A DNA stretch of 64,000 bases from an uncultured Solirubrobacteraceae bacterium (GCA_964588985.1 CAZPQW010000001.1:64001-128000), one strand, 5' to 3'; positions 1 to 9,957 are shown, counted from the first letter of the stretch. The notes: a model not told the origin generated them from the sequence alone. A program made the numbers and translations.

Positions 1-5
1 CGGCC

Positions 6-1829
6 GTGGTGGGTCTCTCCTCCTCGCACGCGATCTCGCCGCTGCTGCGGACGAGCTCCGCGCGCATCGCGAGCTCCTCGCCGAGCTGCGTGCCGCCGCG
101 GCTGAACGTGTCCGCGGCGCTCGCGGGCTCGCGCGTGACCGTCTCTCCGGGCCCCGAAACGCGGGATGCGGCGGCGACGACGCAGATCAGCCTGCTGGGC
201 GTGCCCGCGGGCGCGCTCACGAACGTGGTCGTGAAGGGCTCGCGCACCGGGGCGCACCCGGGGCGGCTCGCGGCGTACTCGCAGGACGACGGGGCGAGCT
301 TCCTGCCCTCCAAGCCGTTCATGGCCGGAGAGACGGTGAGCGTGCACGCGGAACTGAGCGAAGGCGGGCACACGACGCCGTTCGCGTGGAGCTTCGTCGT
401 GGCCGTGCGCGACGTGCGCGGCACGGCGAAGGTGAGCGCGGTCTCCAAGCCCGCTGCGGCGGCGACGAACTACCAGAGCTTCCACTCGCTCCCGGGCGTG
501 CGCCCGCCGATCGTGACCGTCGCGTCGAAGGCGCCGACCGCGAGCGGCGAGCTGTTCCTCGCGCCTTACTCCGGCGTGGGGCAGTACGGGCCGATGATCC
601 TCGACGAACACGGCGGCCTGCTGTGGTTCCAGCCGATCCCCGCGGGCGCCCGCGCGGCGGACCTGCGCGTGCAGCAGTACGAAGGCAAACCGGTGCTCAC
701 CTGGTGGCAGGACCCCCTCGTGGCGGGCGGCTCCCGTCAGGCCGGCCTGGTGATCGCCGACAGCTCCTACAAGACCGTCGCGGTCGTGCGCGCCGGCAAC
801 GGCTACCAGCCCGACCTGCACGAGTTCACGATCACGCCGCAGGGCGCCGGCCTGACCACCGTCTACACCGCGATCGCGTGCGACCTGTCCTCCGTCGGCG
901 GCCCGCGGGCGGGCGCGGTGGCGGACACGCTGCTGCAGGAGATCGACCTGAAGACGGGGCTCGTGATGTACGAGTGGCACAGCCTCGACCACGTGCCGCT
1001 CGCCTACTCCTACGCTTCGGCGGCGCAGGCGAGCCTGACGCAGCCGTTCGACTACTTCCACATCAACTCGATCGACGTCCAGCAGAACGGCGACCTGCTG
1101 GTGGACGCACGCAACACGTGGGCCGCGTACGACGTCAACTCCAAGACCGGTCAGGTGCGCTGGCAGGTGGGCGGCAAGCACAGCAGCTTCAAGATGGGTC
1201 CGGGGACGAGCATCGCGTGGCAGCACGACGCGCGCCAGCAGCCGAACGGCGCGTTCACGTTCTTCGACAACGGCGCGTTCCCGGCGGTGCACAAGCAGTC
1301 GCGCGCGATCGAAGTGAAGCTAGACACGACCCGCAAGACGGACACGCTCCTGCGCAGCCGCGTGCACCACAACCCACTCGTCGCGGGCAGCCAGGGCAAC
1401 GTGCAGGCGCTCCCCAACGGAGACTGGGTTGTGGGCTGGGGCCAGGCGGGCTACCTGTCCGAGTTCGACGCCGTCGGACACGTCCTGTTCAACGCGCACC
1501 TCCCGTCGAGCTGGGAGTCCTACCGCACCTACGTGTTCCCCTGGAGCGGACAGCCCGCGCAGCCGCCGGCGCTCGCGGTCGAACCGGCGCCCGGCGGCGC
1601 TGCCGGGACGGTGGCGTACGCGAGCTGGAACGGCGCCACGTCCGTGGCCTCCTGGCGCGTGCTCGCGGGCTCGTCGCCGAGCAGCCTCGCACCGGTCGCG
1701 ACCTCGCCGCGGGCGGGCTTCGAGACGGCGATCGCGCTGCCGGGAGCCGCCGCTCCCGCCTACGTCGAGGCCCAGGCGCTCGACGGCTCGGGCGCCGTCA
1801 TCGGTGCTTCGGCGGCCGTGAAGAGCTGA
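6..1829 (+). CDS. Arylsulfotransferase (ASST-like) family secreted protein; 5' end may lie outside window
   Basis: DLHEF, DYFHINSI, WQHDAR, FDNG, SQGNVQ motifs; paralog of 3617..5440. Confidence 0.8.
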   Translation: MVGLSSSHAISPLLRTSSARIASSSPSCVPPRLNVSAALAGSRVTVSPGPETRDAAATTQISLLGVPAGALTNVVVKGSRTGAHPGRLAAYSQDDGASFLPSKPFMAGETVSVHAELSEGGHTTPFAWSFVVAVRDVRGTAKVSAVSKPAAAATNYQSFHSLPGVRPPIVTVASKAPTASGELFLAPYSGVGQYGPMILDEHGGLLWFQPIPAGARAADLRVQQYEGKPVLTWWQDPLVAGGSRQAGLVIADSSYKTVAVVRAGNGYQPDLHEFTITPQGAGLTTVYTAIACDLSSVGGPRAGAVADTLLQEIDLKTGLVMYEWHSLDHVPLAYSYASAAQASLTQPFDYFHINSIDVQQNGDLLVDARNTWAAYDVNSKTGQVRWQVGGKHSSFKMGPGTSIAWQHDARQQPNGAFTFFDNGAFPAVHKQSRAIEVKLDTTRKTDTLLRSRVHHNPLVAGSQGNVQALPNGDWVVGWGQAGYLSEFDAVGHVLFNAHLPSSWESYRTYVFPWSGQPAQPPALAVEPAPGGAAGTVAYASWNGATSVASWRVLAGSSPSSLAPVATSPRAGFETAIALPGAAAPAYVEAQALDGSGAVIGASAAVKS

Positions 1830-3618
1830 CGCGCGAGCGCACGCGGGTCGCCGGCGGGCTGCCTGCCTGCGGGATGTGCCCGAGGTCGCGTTCGGAGTGC
1901 AGCTTGCGCCGTGCCGTGGACGCCTGGGCGGCGTTGCGCGCGGTCGTGAAGTAGTCGGCGAAGCCGCGACTGTGCGCGGCGCTCAGCCTGTGCGGCAGCG
2001 GGCGGCGCAGCTCTTCGCTGAAGGCGCGCTGGTATTCGGCGCGCAGCGATTCCTCCTGCGCGCTCTGCCCGGCGCTGTTGTGCAGCTCGAGGCGCCCGCC
2101 GTGGGTGGCGTAGTCGTAGAGCTCCACTTCCTCCGCGTGCGACTGCGGCGCGATGCCGCCTTCGGGCCAGTGCGAGTACGTGGCGAACTTGGCCTGCGGC
2201 GTGCGCATCGCGACGACGTGCAGCGGCGCGTACGCGGCGTAGGTCTCGATCGCGAACTCGGTGACGATCTCGTCGGTGGCGTGCAGCACGAACGGGCGTC
2301 CCGGGGCGTTCGGGTCGGCGAGGATGCGAGCGAGGTCGAGTCGATGGGCGATGTGCGAGTAGTGCTCTTCCCTGCGCCATTCGTTGGAACCCGTTGCGAC
2401 GGTGAGCAGCAGCGGCGCGAGGTCCACGCTCGAGGTGAGCTGCGTGCGCGGCTGCTCCGGTTCGCTCGTGAGCACGCCGCGCGGATCCTTGACGATCAGC
2501 GGCACGCGGATGCACTCCTCGTACGCGCTCGCGCCCTTGCCGCGCAGGCCGTGCGACGCGCCGTACTCGCCGTGGTCGGAGGTGAACACGATCACCGTGT
2601 TCTCAGCCACGTGCGGCTGGCTCTCGAGCGTGCGCAGCACGTGGCCGACGTGGTGGTCGACCTCGCGTTGGAGCTTCGTGTAGAGGTCGACGAACCGCAG
2701 CCACTTGGCGCTGTATTCGGGGCCGCTGAACGGCACGGCCCCGAACGATGCGGCGGCGGTTTCCTGGAAGGTGCGCTGCAGCAGCGGCTTGTGGCGCTCG
2801 GCCAGCTGCTCGGGAGTCTCGAAGTTCGGCGGCAGGCGCCGCACTGTCCGGCGCGCGTCCGTCTCGCTCGGCACGCGGTCGCTCCACACGTACCACCACG
2901 CGATGTCGTGCGGGTTTACGAACGACACCGTCGTGCACCACGGCCCGCTGCCGCCCTCGTGCCGATACCACTCGGCGAAGGCGCGGGCGATGTGCGGATC
3001 CCGGTGCCAGCCCTGGCCGGGGCCGCCGTCGGGCGAGGGGTAGACGCCGCCCGCGAAGCCGTAGCCCTCAAACGCGCGTTCGCCGCTCGCTTCCGTCCAG
3101 TGGTTGTCGCGGTGGGTGAGGTGCCACTTGCCTAACCAGCGCGTGTGGTAGCCGTGTTCGCGCAGCATCGTGCCCCACGTGGGGAAGCCGGGATCGAGCG
3201 TGCTGCCGCCGGTGATCATGCAGCCGGTCTGGTGGGTGTAGAGCCCCGTGAGCATCGCCGCTCGCGACGGAGAGCAGTCGTTGGAGGCGGTGTAGTGCCG
3301 GTCGAAGGAGACGCCTTCGCGGCGCAGGCGGTCGATGTTGGGCGGCAGGCCGATGGCGGTCGGCGTGGCCCCGAACCACTGCGGGAAGCGCAGCTGGTCG
3401 ACGACTATCACGAGGATGTTGGGGCGTCGCCCGGATCCGGCGGGGCGGAGCACCCTCGCGGTGGAGCCCTGCGGAGGCGCGGGGACGGCCTTGTCCCCCG
3501 TGTCCGCCACCGCACGGATCACGCCGGCGCCCGCGAGCACGCCTCCGGCGGCGAGGCCGCCCTTGATGAAAGTCCGTCGATCGACTCTCTTATGCTCTCG
3601 TGGATCGATGTCATCCAT
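1798..3618 (-). CDS. Tat-exported sulfatase-family hydrolase
   Basis: RRTFIKGG twin-arginine signal; PNILVIVVDQ; CSPSRAAMLTG formylglycine motif; GKWHL; FTSDHGE; start taken at MDDIDP. Confidence 0.85.
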   Translation of the reverse strand: MDDIDPREHKRVDRRTFIKGGLAAGGVLAGAGVIRAVADTGDKAVPAPPQGSTARVLRPAGSGRRPNILVIVVDQLRFPQWFGATPTAIGLPPNIDRLRREGVSFDRHYTASNDCSPSRAAMLTGLYTHQTGCMITGGSTLDPGFPTWGTMLREHGYHTRWLGKWHLTHRDNHWTEASGERAFEGYGFAGGVYPSPDGGPGQGWHRDPHIARAFAEWYRHEGGSGPWCTTVSFVNPHDIAWWYVWSDRVPSETDARRTVRRLPPNFETPEQLAERHKPLLQRTFQETAAASFGAVPFSGPEYSAKWLRFVDLYTKLQREVDHHVGHVLRTLESQPHVAENTVIVFTSDHGEYGASHGLRGKGASAYEECIRVPLIVKDPRGVLTSEPEQPRTQLTSSVDLAPLLLTVATGSNEWRREEHYSHIAHRLDLARILADPNAPGRPFVLHATDEIVTEFAIETYAAYAPLHVVAMRTPQAKFATYSHWPEGGIAPQSHAEEVELYDYATHGGRLELHNSAGQSAQEESLRAEYQRAFSEELRRPLPHRLSAAHSRGFADYFTTARNAAQASTARRKLHSERDLGHIPQAGSPPATRVRSRVSSSRPPKHR

Positions 3619-5440
3619 GCGCGCTCTCATCCTAGGGCCGGTCGCCGCCTTGGGCTTTGGGCTCGTGGGGGCAGGCGCCGCCGCGGCGCAGTCGGCTCCG
3701 ACGTGCGGCCCGGCGAAGCTGAACAACTCCGCGCTGCAGGCCGGCGCGGTGACCGTCTCGCCGCTGCCGGGCACTCGCGACGCTTCGCCTCACGCGCAGA
3801 TCAGCTTCCTGGGGGTTCCCGCCGCCGCGCTGAGCGCCGTGAGCGTGGCCGGCTCGCGCACGGGCGTCCACGCCGGAAGTCTGAAGGCCTACTCGCAGGG
3901 CGACGGCGCGAGCTTCGTGCCGGCCGCTCCGTTCGCCGAAGGCGAGCGGGTGAGCGTGCACGCCCGCGTGCGCGTCGGCGGCTCGACGCGAACGCTGAGC
4001 TACCAGTTCGGCGTGTCCAGCGAGGACACGATCAGCACCACGCCCGAGACGATCCACCCAGGATCCGCCGCCGAAATCCAGGGTTTCCGCTCGCGCCCCG
4101 ACCTGCGCCCGCCGACCGTGAGCGTGACCGCGTCCTCGCCCGCGGCGGCGCCGGGAGACGTGTTCGTCGCGCCGTACACAGGGCCGGGCCAGGCGGGCCC
4201 GATGATCCTCGACCAGAGCGGCGGGCTGGTGTGGTTCAAGCCATTGCCCACGAACACGTTCGCGACCAACCTCAGGGTGCAGGAATACGCGGGCAAGCCG
4301 GTGCTGACGTGGTGGCAGGGCAACATCTCCATACACGGGTTCGGGATGGGCGAGGGGATCGTCGACGACGCCACCTACACGGAAATCGCGCGCGTGAGAG
4401 CCGGCAACGGGCATACGGCGGACCTGCACGACTTTCAGCTCACGCCTCAGGGCACGGCGCTGATCACGTCCTTCGACCCGATCCGCTGCAACCTCTCCGC
4501 GGTCGGCGGGCCGGCGAACGGCGCGGTCACCGACGGCACCCTGCAGGAGATCGACGTGAAGACGGGTCTGGTGATGTACGAATGGACGAGCCTCGACCAC
4601 GTGGGGCTGACCGAATCCTACGTATCCCCCGCGCGGACCTCGCCAGGGTGGCCGTACGACTACTTCCACATCAACTCGATCAACTTCGACCGCGACGGCA
4701 GCCTGCTGGTGTCGGCGCGCAACACGTGGACGGTCTACCGGATCGAAGCGGGCACGGGCCAGATCTCGTGGCGCCTGGGGGGCAAGCACAGCAGCTTCGC
4801 CGAGAGCCCGCAGACGCGCACCGCCTACCAGCACGACCCGCGCGAACTCCCCGACGGCGCGATCAGCATCTTCGACAACGGCGCCTCCCCGAACGTGCAC
4901 GGGCAGTCGCGGGCGATCGTCGTCGACATCAACGGGCAGACGAACACCGCCGCCCTGGCGAGCCAGATAAGCCACGCCCCGGGTCTCGTGGCGGACAGCC
5001 AGGGCAACATGCAGGCGCTCGCGAACGGCGACTGGTTCGTCGGCTGGGGCCAGCTGCCGGACTTCTCCGAGTTCGGCCCCGAAGGCAAGCTGCTGTTCGA
5101 CGCGCACTTCCCCGGCCGCACGCAGTCCTACCGCTCGCTGCGCTTCGAATGGGCGGGCATGCCGGCGCACCAGCCGGCGTACTCCTTCCAGGCGACCGGG
5201 TCGGGGACGGGAACGGTGTACGCGAGCTGGAACGGCGCCACGCAGGTGAGCGCATGGCGGGTGCTCGCGGGCGCGAGTGCGACTGGGTTGAAGGCGGTTG
5301 CTCAGGGGGCACGGGCAGGCTTTGAGACGGCCGTCTCCCTTCCGGCTGGGACCGTCGGCCCATACGTGGCAGTGCAGGCGCTCGGCGCGGTGGGGCAGGT
5401 GCTGGGGACTTCAGCCGTGACCGCGCAGCATTCGCCGTAG
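3617..5440 (+). CDS. Arylsulfotransferase (ASST-like) family secreted protein
   Basis: Signal peptide MRALILG...AAAAQS; DLHDF, DYFHINSI, YQHD, FDNG, SQGNMQ; alternative start 3608. Confidence 0.8.
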   Translation: MRALILGPVAALGFGLVGAGAAAAQSAPTCGPAKLNNSALQAGAVTVSPLPGTRDASPHAQISFLGVPAAALSAVSVAGSRTGVHAGSLKAYSQGDGASFVPAAPFAEGERVSVHARVRVGGSTRTLSYQFGVSSEDTISTTPETIHPGSAAEIQGFRSRPDLRPPTVSVTASSPAAAPGDVFVAPYTGPGQAGPMILDQSGGLVWFKPLPTNTFATNLRVQEYAGKPVLTWWQGNISIHGFGMGEGIVDDATYTEIARVRAGNGHTADLHDFQLTPQGTALITSFDPIRCNLSAVGGPANGAVTDGTLQEIDVKTGLVMYEWTSLDHVGLTESYVSPARTSPGWPYDYFHINSINFDRDGSLLVSARNTWTVYRIEAGTGQISWRLGGKHSSFAESPQTRTAYQHDPRELPDGAISIFDNGASPNVHGQSRAIVVDINGQTNTAALASQISHAPGLVADSQGNMQALANGDWFVGWGQLPDFSEFGPEGKLLFDAHFPGRTQSYRSLRFEWAGMPAHQPAYSFQATGSGTGTVYASWNGATQVSAWRVLAGASATGLKAVAQGARAGFETAVSLPAGTVGPYVAVQALGAVGQVLGTSAVTAQHSP

Positions 5441-5445
5441 GCTGT

Positions 5446-5474
5446 CTGATATCAAATCGATATCAACTGCTATC
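5446..5474. promoter_or_regulatory. Candidate operator upstream of the RHH/HTH gene
   Basis: AT-rich patch with GATATCAA twice (ctGATATCAAatcGATATCAActgctatc). Confidence 0.35.
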
Positions 5475-5483
5475 GTATCTCGG

Positions 5484-5825
5484 ATGTCGGAGGATCGCGT
5501 TCCGCTTTTCGTGAGGCTTCCCCGCGACCAGGTGGCCGAGCTCGATCGGCTGGTCGACACCACCGGGCAGCGCAAGCAGCAGCTCGTGAGCGATCTGCTC
5601 GCCGATCGCCTGCAGGTGGGTCGAATCGAGATCCGAGACACTCCGAGCGCCTCGGAGGAGGTGCTCAACCTCGAGGAGCTCGCAAAGCTGCTGCGCGTGT
5701 CGATGGACGCTGCCGAGGCACTTGCCGAAGAGGGCGAGCTGCCGGGTCGGCGCGTCGCGGGGGAGTGGCGGTTCGCGCGCTCGGTGGTCTTGCTGTGGCT
5801 TGCGGGCCCGTCGTCCAGGGCATGA
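5484..5825 (+). CDS. DNA-binding protein: N-terminal ribbon-helix-helix-like plus C-terminal excisionase-like HTH
   Basis: PLFVRLPRDQVAELDRL; VLNLEELAKLLRVS...GELPGRRVAGEWRF. Confidence 0.7.
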   Translation: MSEDRVPLFVRLPRDQVAELDRLVDTTGQRKQQLVSDLLADRLQVGRIEIRDTPSASEEVLNLEELAKLLRVSMDAAEALAEEGELPGRRVAGEWRFARSVVLLWLAGPSSRA

Positions 5826-5867
5826 CTGACGTCAGGCTTGCGCCGTGCAGAACAGCCTAAACAACGA

Positions 5868-5957
5868 CGGAAGGGGGGGGATTCGAACCCCCGAGACGGG
5901 GTTCGCCCGCCTAACGGTTTTCAAGACCGCCGCATTCAACCGCTCTGCCACCCTTCC
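5868..5957 (-). tRNA. tRNA-Ser (anticodon UGA)
   Basis: GGAAGGG/CCCTTCC acceptor stem, GCGGT-CT TGA AA-ACCGT anticodon arm, long variable arm, GTTCGAATC. Confidence 0.95.
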
Positions 5958-6026
5958 ATGATCACCGCAGATGCTACGCGGTCGCCCGGGATGGTCGCGA
6001 GGCTCTAGACTTGCCGTCCCAATCCA

Positions 6027-6118
6027 GGAGAGGTGGCCGAGAGGCTGAAGGCACTCGCCTGCTAAGCGAGTATGGGGGTTAAACTCCATCGCGGGTTCGA
6101 ATCCCGCCCTCTCCGCCA
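6027..6118 (+). tRNA. tRNA-Ser (anticodon GCU), CCA encoded
   Basis: GGAGAGG/CCTCTCC acceptor stem, CTCGC-CT GCT AA-GCGAG, long variable arm, GTTCGAATC. Confidence 0.97.
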
Positions 6119-6510
6119 TTTGCTTTGGTTTCAAACCGTGGCCCCGAAAAGCGGGGCTGCGGCCGTTTTCGGGCCGGGTTTCGCCGGTCTGGCCGCTTTC
6201 GCGGGCCAGTTTGCGGGCCAGCGGCACAAGCTCGGCGTAGAGCGGTGTGGGCTTGATCTTGACCTCGCCAGTGTCCGAGACGAGCAGCATCAGGTAGATG
6301 GCGAGGTTGATCAGGCGTTTCTCGGTGGGTGATCCGGTCAGGTAGGGCACTAGGCGTTTGTCGATGAGTAGTAGCGCGTCGCTGAGCGCTTGGTCTAGCT
6401 CGCTGACCTCGAAGCTGGCGGCGTCGGCGAGTTGCTGCGCCCTGGTCTGTTCGGTCTCCAGGCGCTTCTGTTGGGCTTGGAGCACCTCTTTGGAGACGCG
6501 GTCAGCGAGG
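6095..6510 (-). pseudogene. C-terminal remnant of a large serine recombinase-like gene reading into the tRNA antisense
   Basis: LADRVSKEVLQAQQKRLETEQ coiled coil, YLTGSPTEKRLINLAIY, then GLKPKQMAERAGFEP; catalytic N-terminus absent; family recognised by eye only. Confidence 0.65.
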
Positions 6511-6636
6511 ACTTACTCGACCAGAAGTTGACCGCCGCTATCGCTAGGGTGCCGCAGCGTACCCTAGTCACGACTCAGAACACATTCCTCGATTGATTCA
6601 ACTTTCGGGACGGGGGCCATTGCCGCCTTGTAACAT

Positions 6637-6918
6637 TTGTGTCAAACTTTGGGCAGACATCACAGACATCGCCCACAATGGAGGAAGCTGATGCCGGATG
6701 CTAGTACGGATCAAACGACTCAAGAAGATGGAGCTGTTGGCGAGTTGATTGTCGAGATCAACTCGCTGCTGTTGAGCACACGAAGTAAGGCCGATACTGC
6801 ACTTCGACTCTCTACAGGCAATCCCCGCCAGCTACGCGACGTCGCAAGACTCGACGACATGCTCACCGCCCCATTGCGATATAGCAGGCAGCTCGCTAGC
6901 GAGTCCACACCAACCTAA
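6637..6918 (+). CDS. Small hypothetical protein (start possibly 6691)
   Basis: ORF with GGAGG before MPDAS; no recognisable domain. Confidence 0.3.
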   Translation: MCQTLGRHHRHRPQWRKLMPDASTDQTTQEDGAVGELIVEINSLLLSTRSKADTALRLSTGNPRQLRDVARLDDMLTAPLRYSRQLASESTPT

Positions 6919-7049
6919 CGCAAACGCCACTTGAGCGTGGAGCGCACGCCGAACATCGCCCAAGTCATCAGCTCCGCTTACGCCAACGCGTCCAACCCCC
7001 TGGATCACGATAGCGATCCAGGGGGTCTTTTTGCTAGCGTCAGGCAGCC

Positions 7050-9254
7050 ATGTCTACGGATATCGACCCGAGATTTGCAGCGGCACTCCCAGAACAAGTT
7101 GACTCCGGCGAACCGTTTCGCACCGCGAAAGCATTCCGGCGGGCCTGGTTTGGTCAGGAGCATGGAGGACAAGCGCTCTTCTTTCTCTTTTCTAAGAATC
7201 TCAGCGTAACCAACGTCCAATTCGCCGAGCTACTCAGTCTGCTGCGGCTGCATACCTATGAGCGTCGTACGCAAGAACGTGCGAAGGCGCTGCATTTCGT
7301 CACCAGCTCCGAGTTTGATCGGCTCTTCGTCGAAATGATCGAGCCTTTCGAAAAGCACGGCGACGAGCTCCGTCAGATCGTCGGTCCGCTGTACAGCGAC
7401 ATCTTTTCGCGCACAGTAGTCGTCGATCCACGATACGGCTCCTGTAACGTCTTCTTGCCACCATCCCTGATTGCGAACATGGCGGCAATGGCAGGACAAG
7501 CCGGCTACATACACTCGTGCGGCTATCTCGTCTTCATTCGCAATGTAGTGAAGGCCGACCCAGGGCTTCTCTTTACCAATCTGCACAAACATCTTCTGCG
7601 CTATCCGCCAAGCACAGATAAGAAGCTACGATTCTTTGTTTACGCGGACGAGGATTTTACGAAGGAGGATCGTTCAGAGGCGAGCCGCCTCCGCGCGGGG
7701 CTTGACGACGTGAAGATCCACGTCGAGAAGGCGTGGTTTCGCACGCAGCGCCTGGTGGATGTGATCGGGACACTCAAAGAGCAGATGCCCGACCTTGTTT
7801 TCGGCGCAGGGCGCGGATTCCGCGCAGATCACGATACCCAAATTGGGCAAGATGACATCGACCGCGCCCGTACGCTTTGGCTAATCCAAGATCACGGTAT
7901 CGGGAATCCGCCCGAGCAACGTGGTGTGGACCGCTACTACGTTTGCTATGACCAGCTGTTTTATGCGCAGAACGCCGTACATCTCTTCGATGAGAACAAG
8001 CCAGCATGGCATGACCACACGACCCTCCCGCCGAGCCTAGCGGGAAGCCTCGTCAACATCATCCGCACACCCGAGCGTCACGAAGCATCACTCTCAATAG
8101 TAGACCCTTTTGCAGGCACCGGCACGTCACTTCTCGAGGTCATTCGCCTTCCAAAGGCTAAGTTCACCGGATTCGACAACGATCCTGGAACTGAGCGTCT
8201 CATCTACGACAACCTTCAATTCTTCGATCAGCCCCGAGAGGGACTGATTCACATTCACCGTCAGCTCTTGGACGCCAAGCAGGAGCTACTGTTCGCTCTC
8301 GACGAAAACCCTGCCGCGATTGGCGGTACCCGGGCGCTAAGCTTGGCACGCCAAGTGTTTCGAACCGAGGACGTGGTCGGACAGGCGTCCGTACTCGATG
8401 GCCTGCCGAGTCCGCGCGACGAGGACTTGCCCAATGATCTCGCAGAGCGCATTCTCGTGTATGTCGCGATGCGTACTAGCAAGCGCCACAGTGCACGGTT
8501 CTCGAGAGCCGCCGAAACGTCAGACATTGACTGGTGCGATGCGTATCTTGCGGAACTGGAGACCCTCAATGCGCAGATTGCCCGCCTAATCGAACTACGC
8601 GATCGGCAAGAGCTAGATGCGGCAGCTACCGAGAGCTATCTTCGCGGACTCGGCTATTTCGACGACTCTTCGAAACAGCTCGCAATGTTTTTCGACGACT
8701 ACTCCATGGGGGTAATGCCTCGCGCGCAGGCAGTGCAGGTCGACCGAATGCTCCAAGAGTCAGACCCTAAGCGCGAGTTTGAATTGTATGTCGGTAGCGA
8801 ACGCGGCGATGCGCGTGGCCTGCCTGCTGCGACATACGATGTTGTGATCGGTGATCCGCCATATGGCTTCAACACCGTTGCAGAAGCCAGCGACCTCGCC
8901 AAGCTCTATAGCGAGTTTGCCCGGGCGGCACTCCTTTCTCTGCGCGACGGAGGTGATCTTGTGCTTTGCCTTCCTGAGCGAAGTCACAGCGGTCGATACT
9001 CGCCGGCCTTTACCCACCGCGCTCTCGTATTGCAGCAGCTATTTCTTGTTGCTGGTGAAGAGGAGCTTCAGCTTGTATTTCCACGGAATAGCGTCCGTGG
9101 CGCAGAGCATCTTTTCGACGCGGACTATTATTGGGAGTCCCAGCGGGCCCTAAGACGAAGCGTGTTGCACGTGCAAGTACGGTTTAAAGCGCCACGTTCC
9201 GACAACGGAGATGGGTCAATGCCGCAACTCGCGAGCACGAGCTTGACGCACTGA
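7050..9254 (+). CDS. Large SAM-dependent amino-methyltransferase, Trm11/UPF0020-like or orphan DNA MTase
   Basis: TLPPSLAGSLVN, IVDPFAGTGTSLLE, GDARGLP, VIGDPPYG, LRDGGDLVL. Confidence 0.7.
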   Translation: MSTDIDPRFAAALPEQVDSGEPFRTAKAFRRAWFGQEHGGQALFFLFSKNLSVTNVQFAELLSLLRLHTYERRTQERAKALHFVTSSEFDRLFVEMIEPFEKHGDELRQIVGPLYSDIFSRTVVVDPRYGSCNVFLPPSLIANMAAMAGQAGYIHSCGYLVFIRNVVKADPGLLFTNLHKHLLRYPPSTDKKLRFFVYADEDFTKEDRSEASRLRAGLDDVKIHVEKAWFRTQRLVDVIGTLKEQMPDLVFGAGRGFRADHDTQIGQDDIDRARTLWLIQDHGIGNPPEQRGVDRYYVCYDQLFYAQNAVHLFDENKPAWHDHTTLPPSLAGSLVNIIRTPERHEASLSIVDPFAGTGTSLLEVIRLPKAKFTGFDNDPGTERLIYDNLQFFDQPREGLIHIHRQLLDAKQELLFALDENPAAIGGTRALSLARQVFRTEDVVGQASVLDGLPSPRDEDLPNDLAERILVYVAMRTSKRHSARFSRAAETSDIDWCDAYLAELETLNAQIARLIELRDRQELDAAATESYLRGLGYFDDSSKQLAMFFDDYSMGVMPRAQAVQVDRMLQESDPKREFELYVGSERGDARGLPAATYDVVIGDPPYGFNTVAEASDLAKLYSEFARAALLSLRDGGDLVLCLPERSHSGRYSPAFTHRALVLQQLFLVAGEEELQLVFPRNSVRGAEHLFDADYYWESQRALRRSVLHVQVRFKAPRSDNGDGSMPQLASTSLTH

Positions 9255-9288
9255 CGCTCAATACCGGTTGTGCGACAGCGGCCAGTCG

Positions 9289-9957
9289 CTACCAAAGAAG
9301 TATTGCTGTACTAGCGAGAGCGAGCGCACCGATGGCGACAAGTGCGCACCCTCCGCCTGCGGTTGCAACTGATCCAGCGGCCGACGAGTCGGCAGGCTCG
9401 CGTGACGATGTGGGGCCGAACTCTTCACGGACACCGTCCACGAACTCATCAAGAGATGCGCCCAACTCGTCAACAATGATTTCATTGATTTCGCGGAATA
9501 TGCGACTCTCGACACTGGCTCGGCGAGAATCGTCTCGTTGGACCTCCGTGTCTGCCAGCATAACCGTGAGGATGCTGCAAGCGCCATCGATTCGCTCGAG
9601 GATATTGGGCGGCCCGACATGCGTCTCGCCGAGCCAGCCTTCAAAGAGGTTTGCCCCATTGGACTGTGCGTATGGCACGAGACGTTGGGTCAATATGAGC
9701 CCTGCGACGGTCTTCGCGATCTCCCGGATCTGATCCGGCGTAGGGCTAAGCGCGGCGTCGCGGAACACTCGCTCCGCCCACGCGGTGAGGGCTTCCTTCT
9801 TGTCGCTGCCTGCAGGCGGATAGACGTCTTCCACGATGATCGCTACCTCAGTTATGTGGCTGGCATAGTTCGGGCTACGGGACTGAGCCACATCGTAGCT
9901 GGCCTGTCGTCGCCGTGTTCGCTCGTCGCGAGGTCCGTCCATCACCTTGCTTGTCAC
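9289..9957 (-). CDS. Hypothetical protein with C-terminal hydrophobic anchor
   Basis: 222-aa ORF ending GCALVAIGALALASTAILLW. Confidence 0.5.
   Translation of the reverse strand: MTSKVMDGPRDERTRRRQASYDVAQSRSPNYASHITEVAIIVEDVYPPAGSDKKEALTAWAERVFRDAALSPTPDQIREIAKTVAGLILTQRLVPYAQSNGANLFEGWLGETHVGPPNILERIDGACSILTVMLADTEVQRDDSRRASVESRIFREINEIIVDELGASLDEFVDGVREEFGPTSSREPADSSAAGSVATAGGGCALVAIGALALASTAILLW

Noticed and set aside
5832-6485. 217-aa ORF as a complete gene
   Set aside because: It lacks a proper N-terminus and its second half runs through both tRNA genes; treated as a recombinase remnant.
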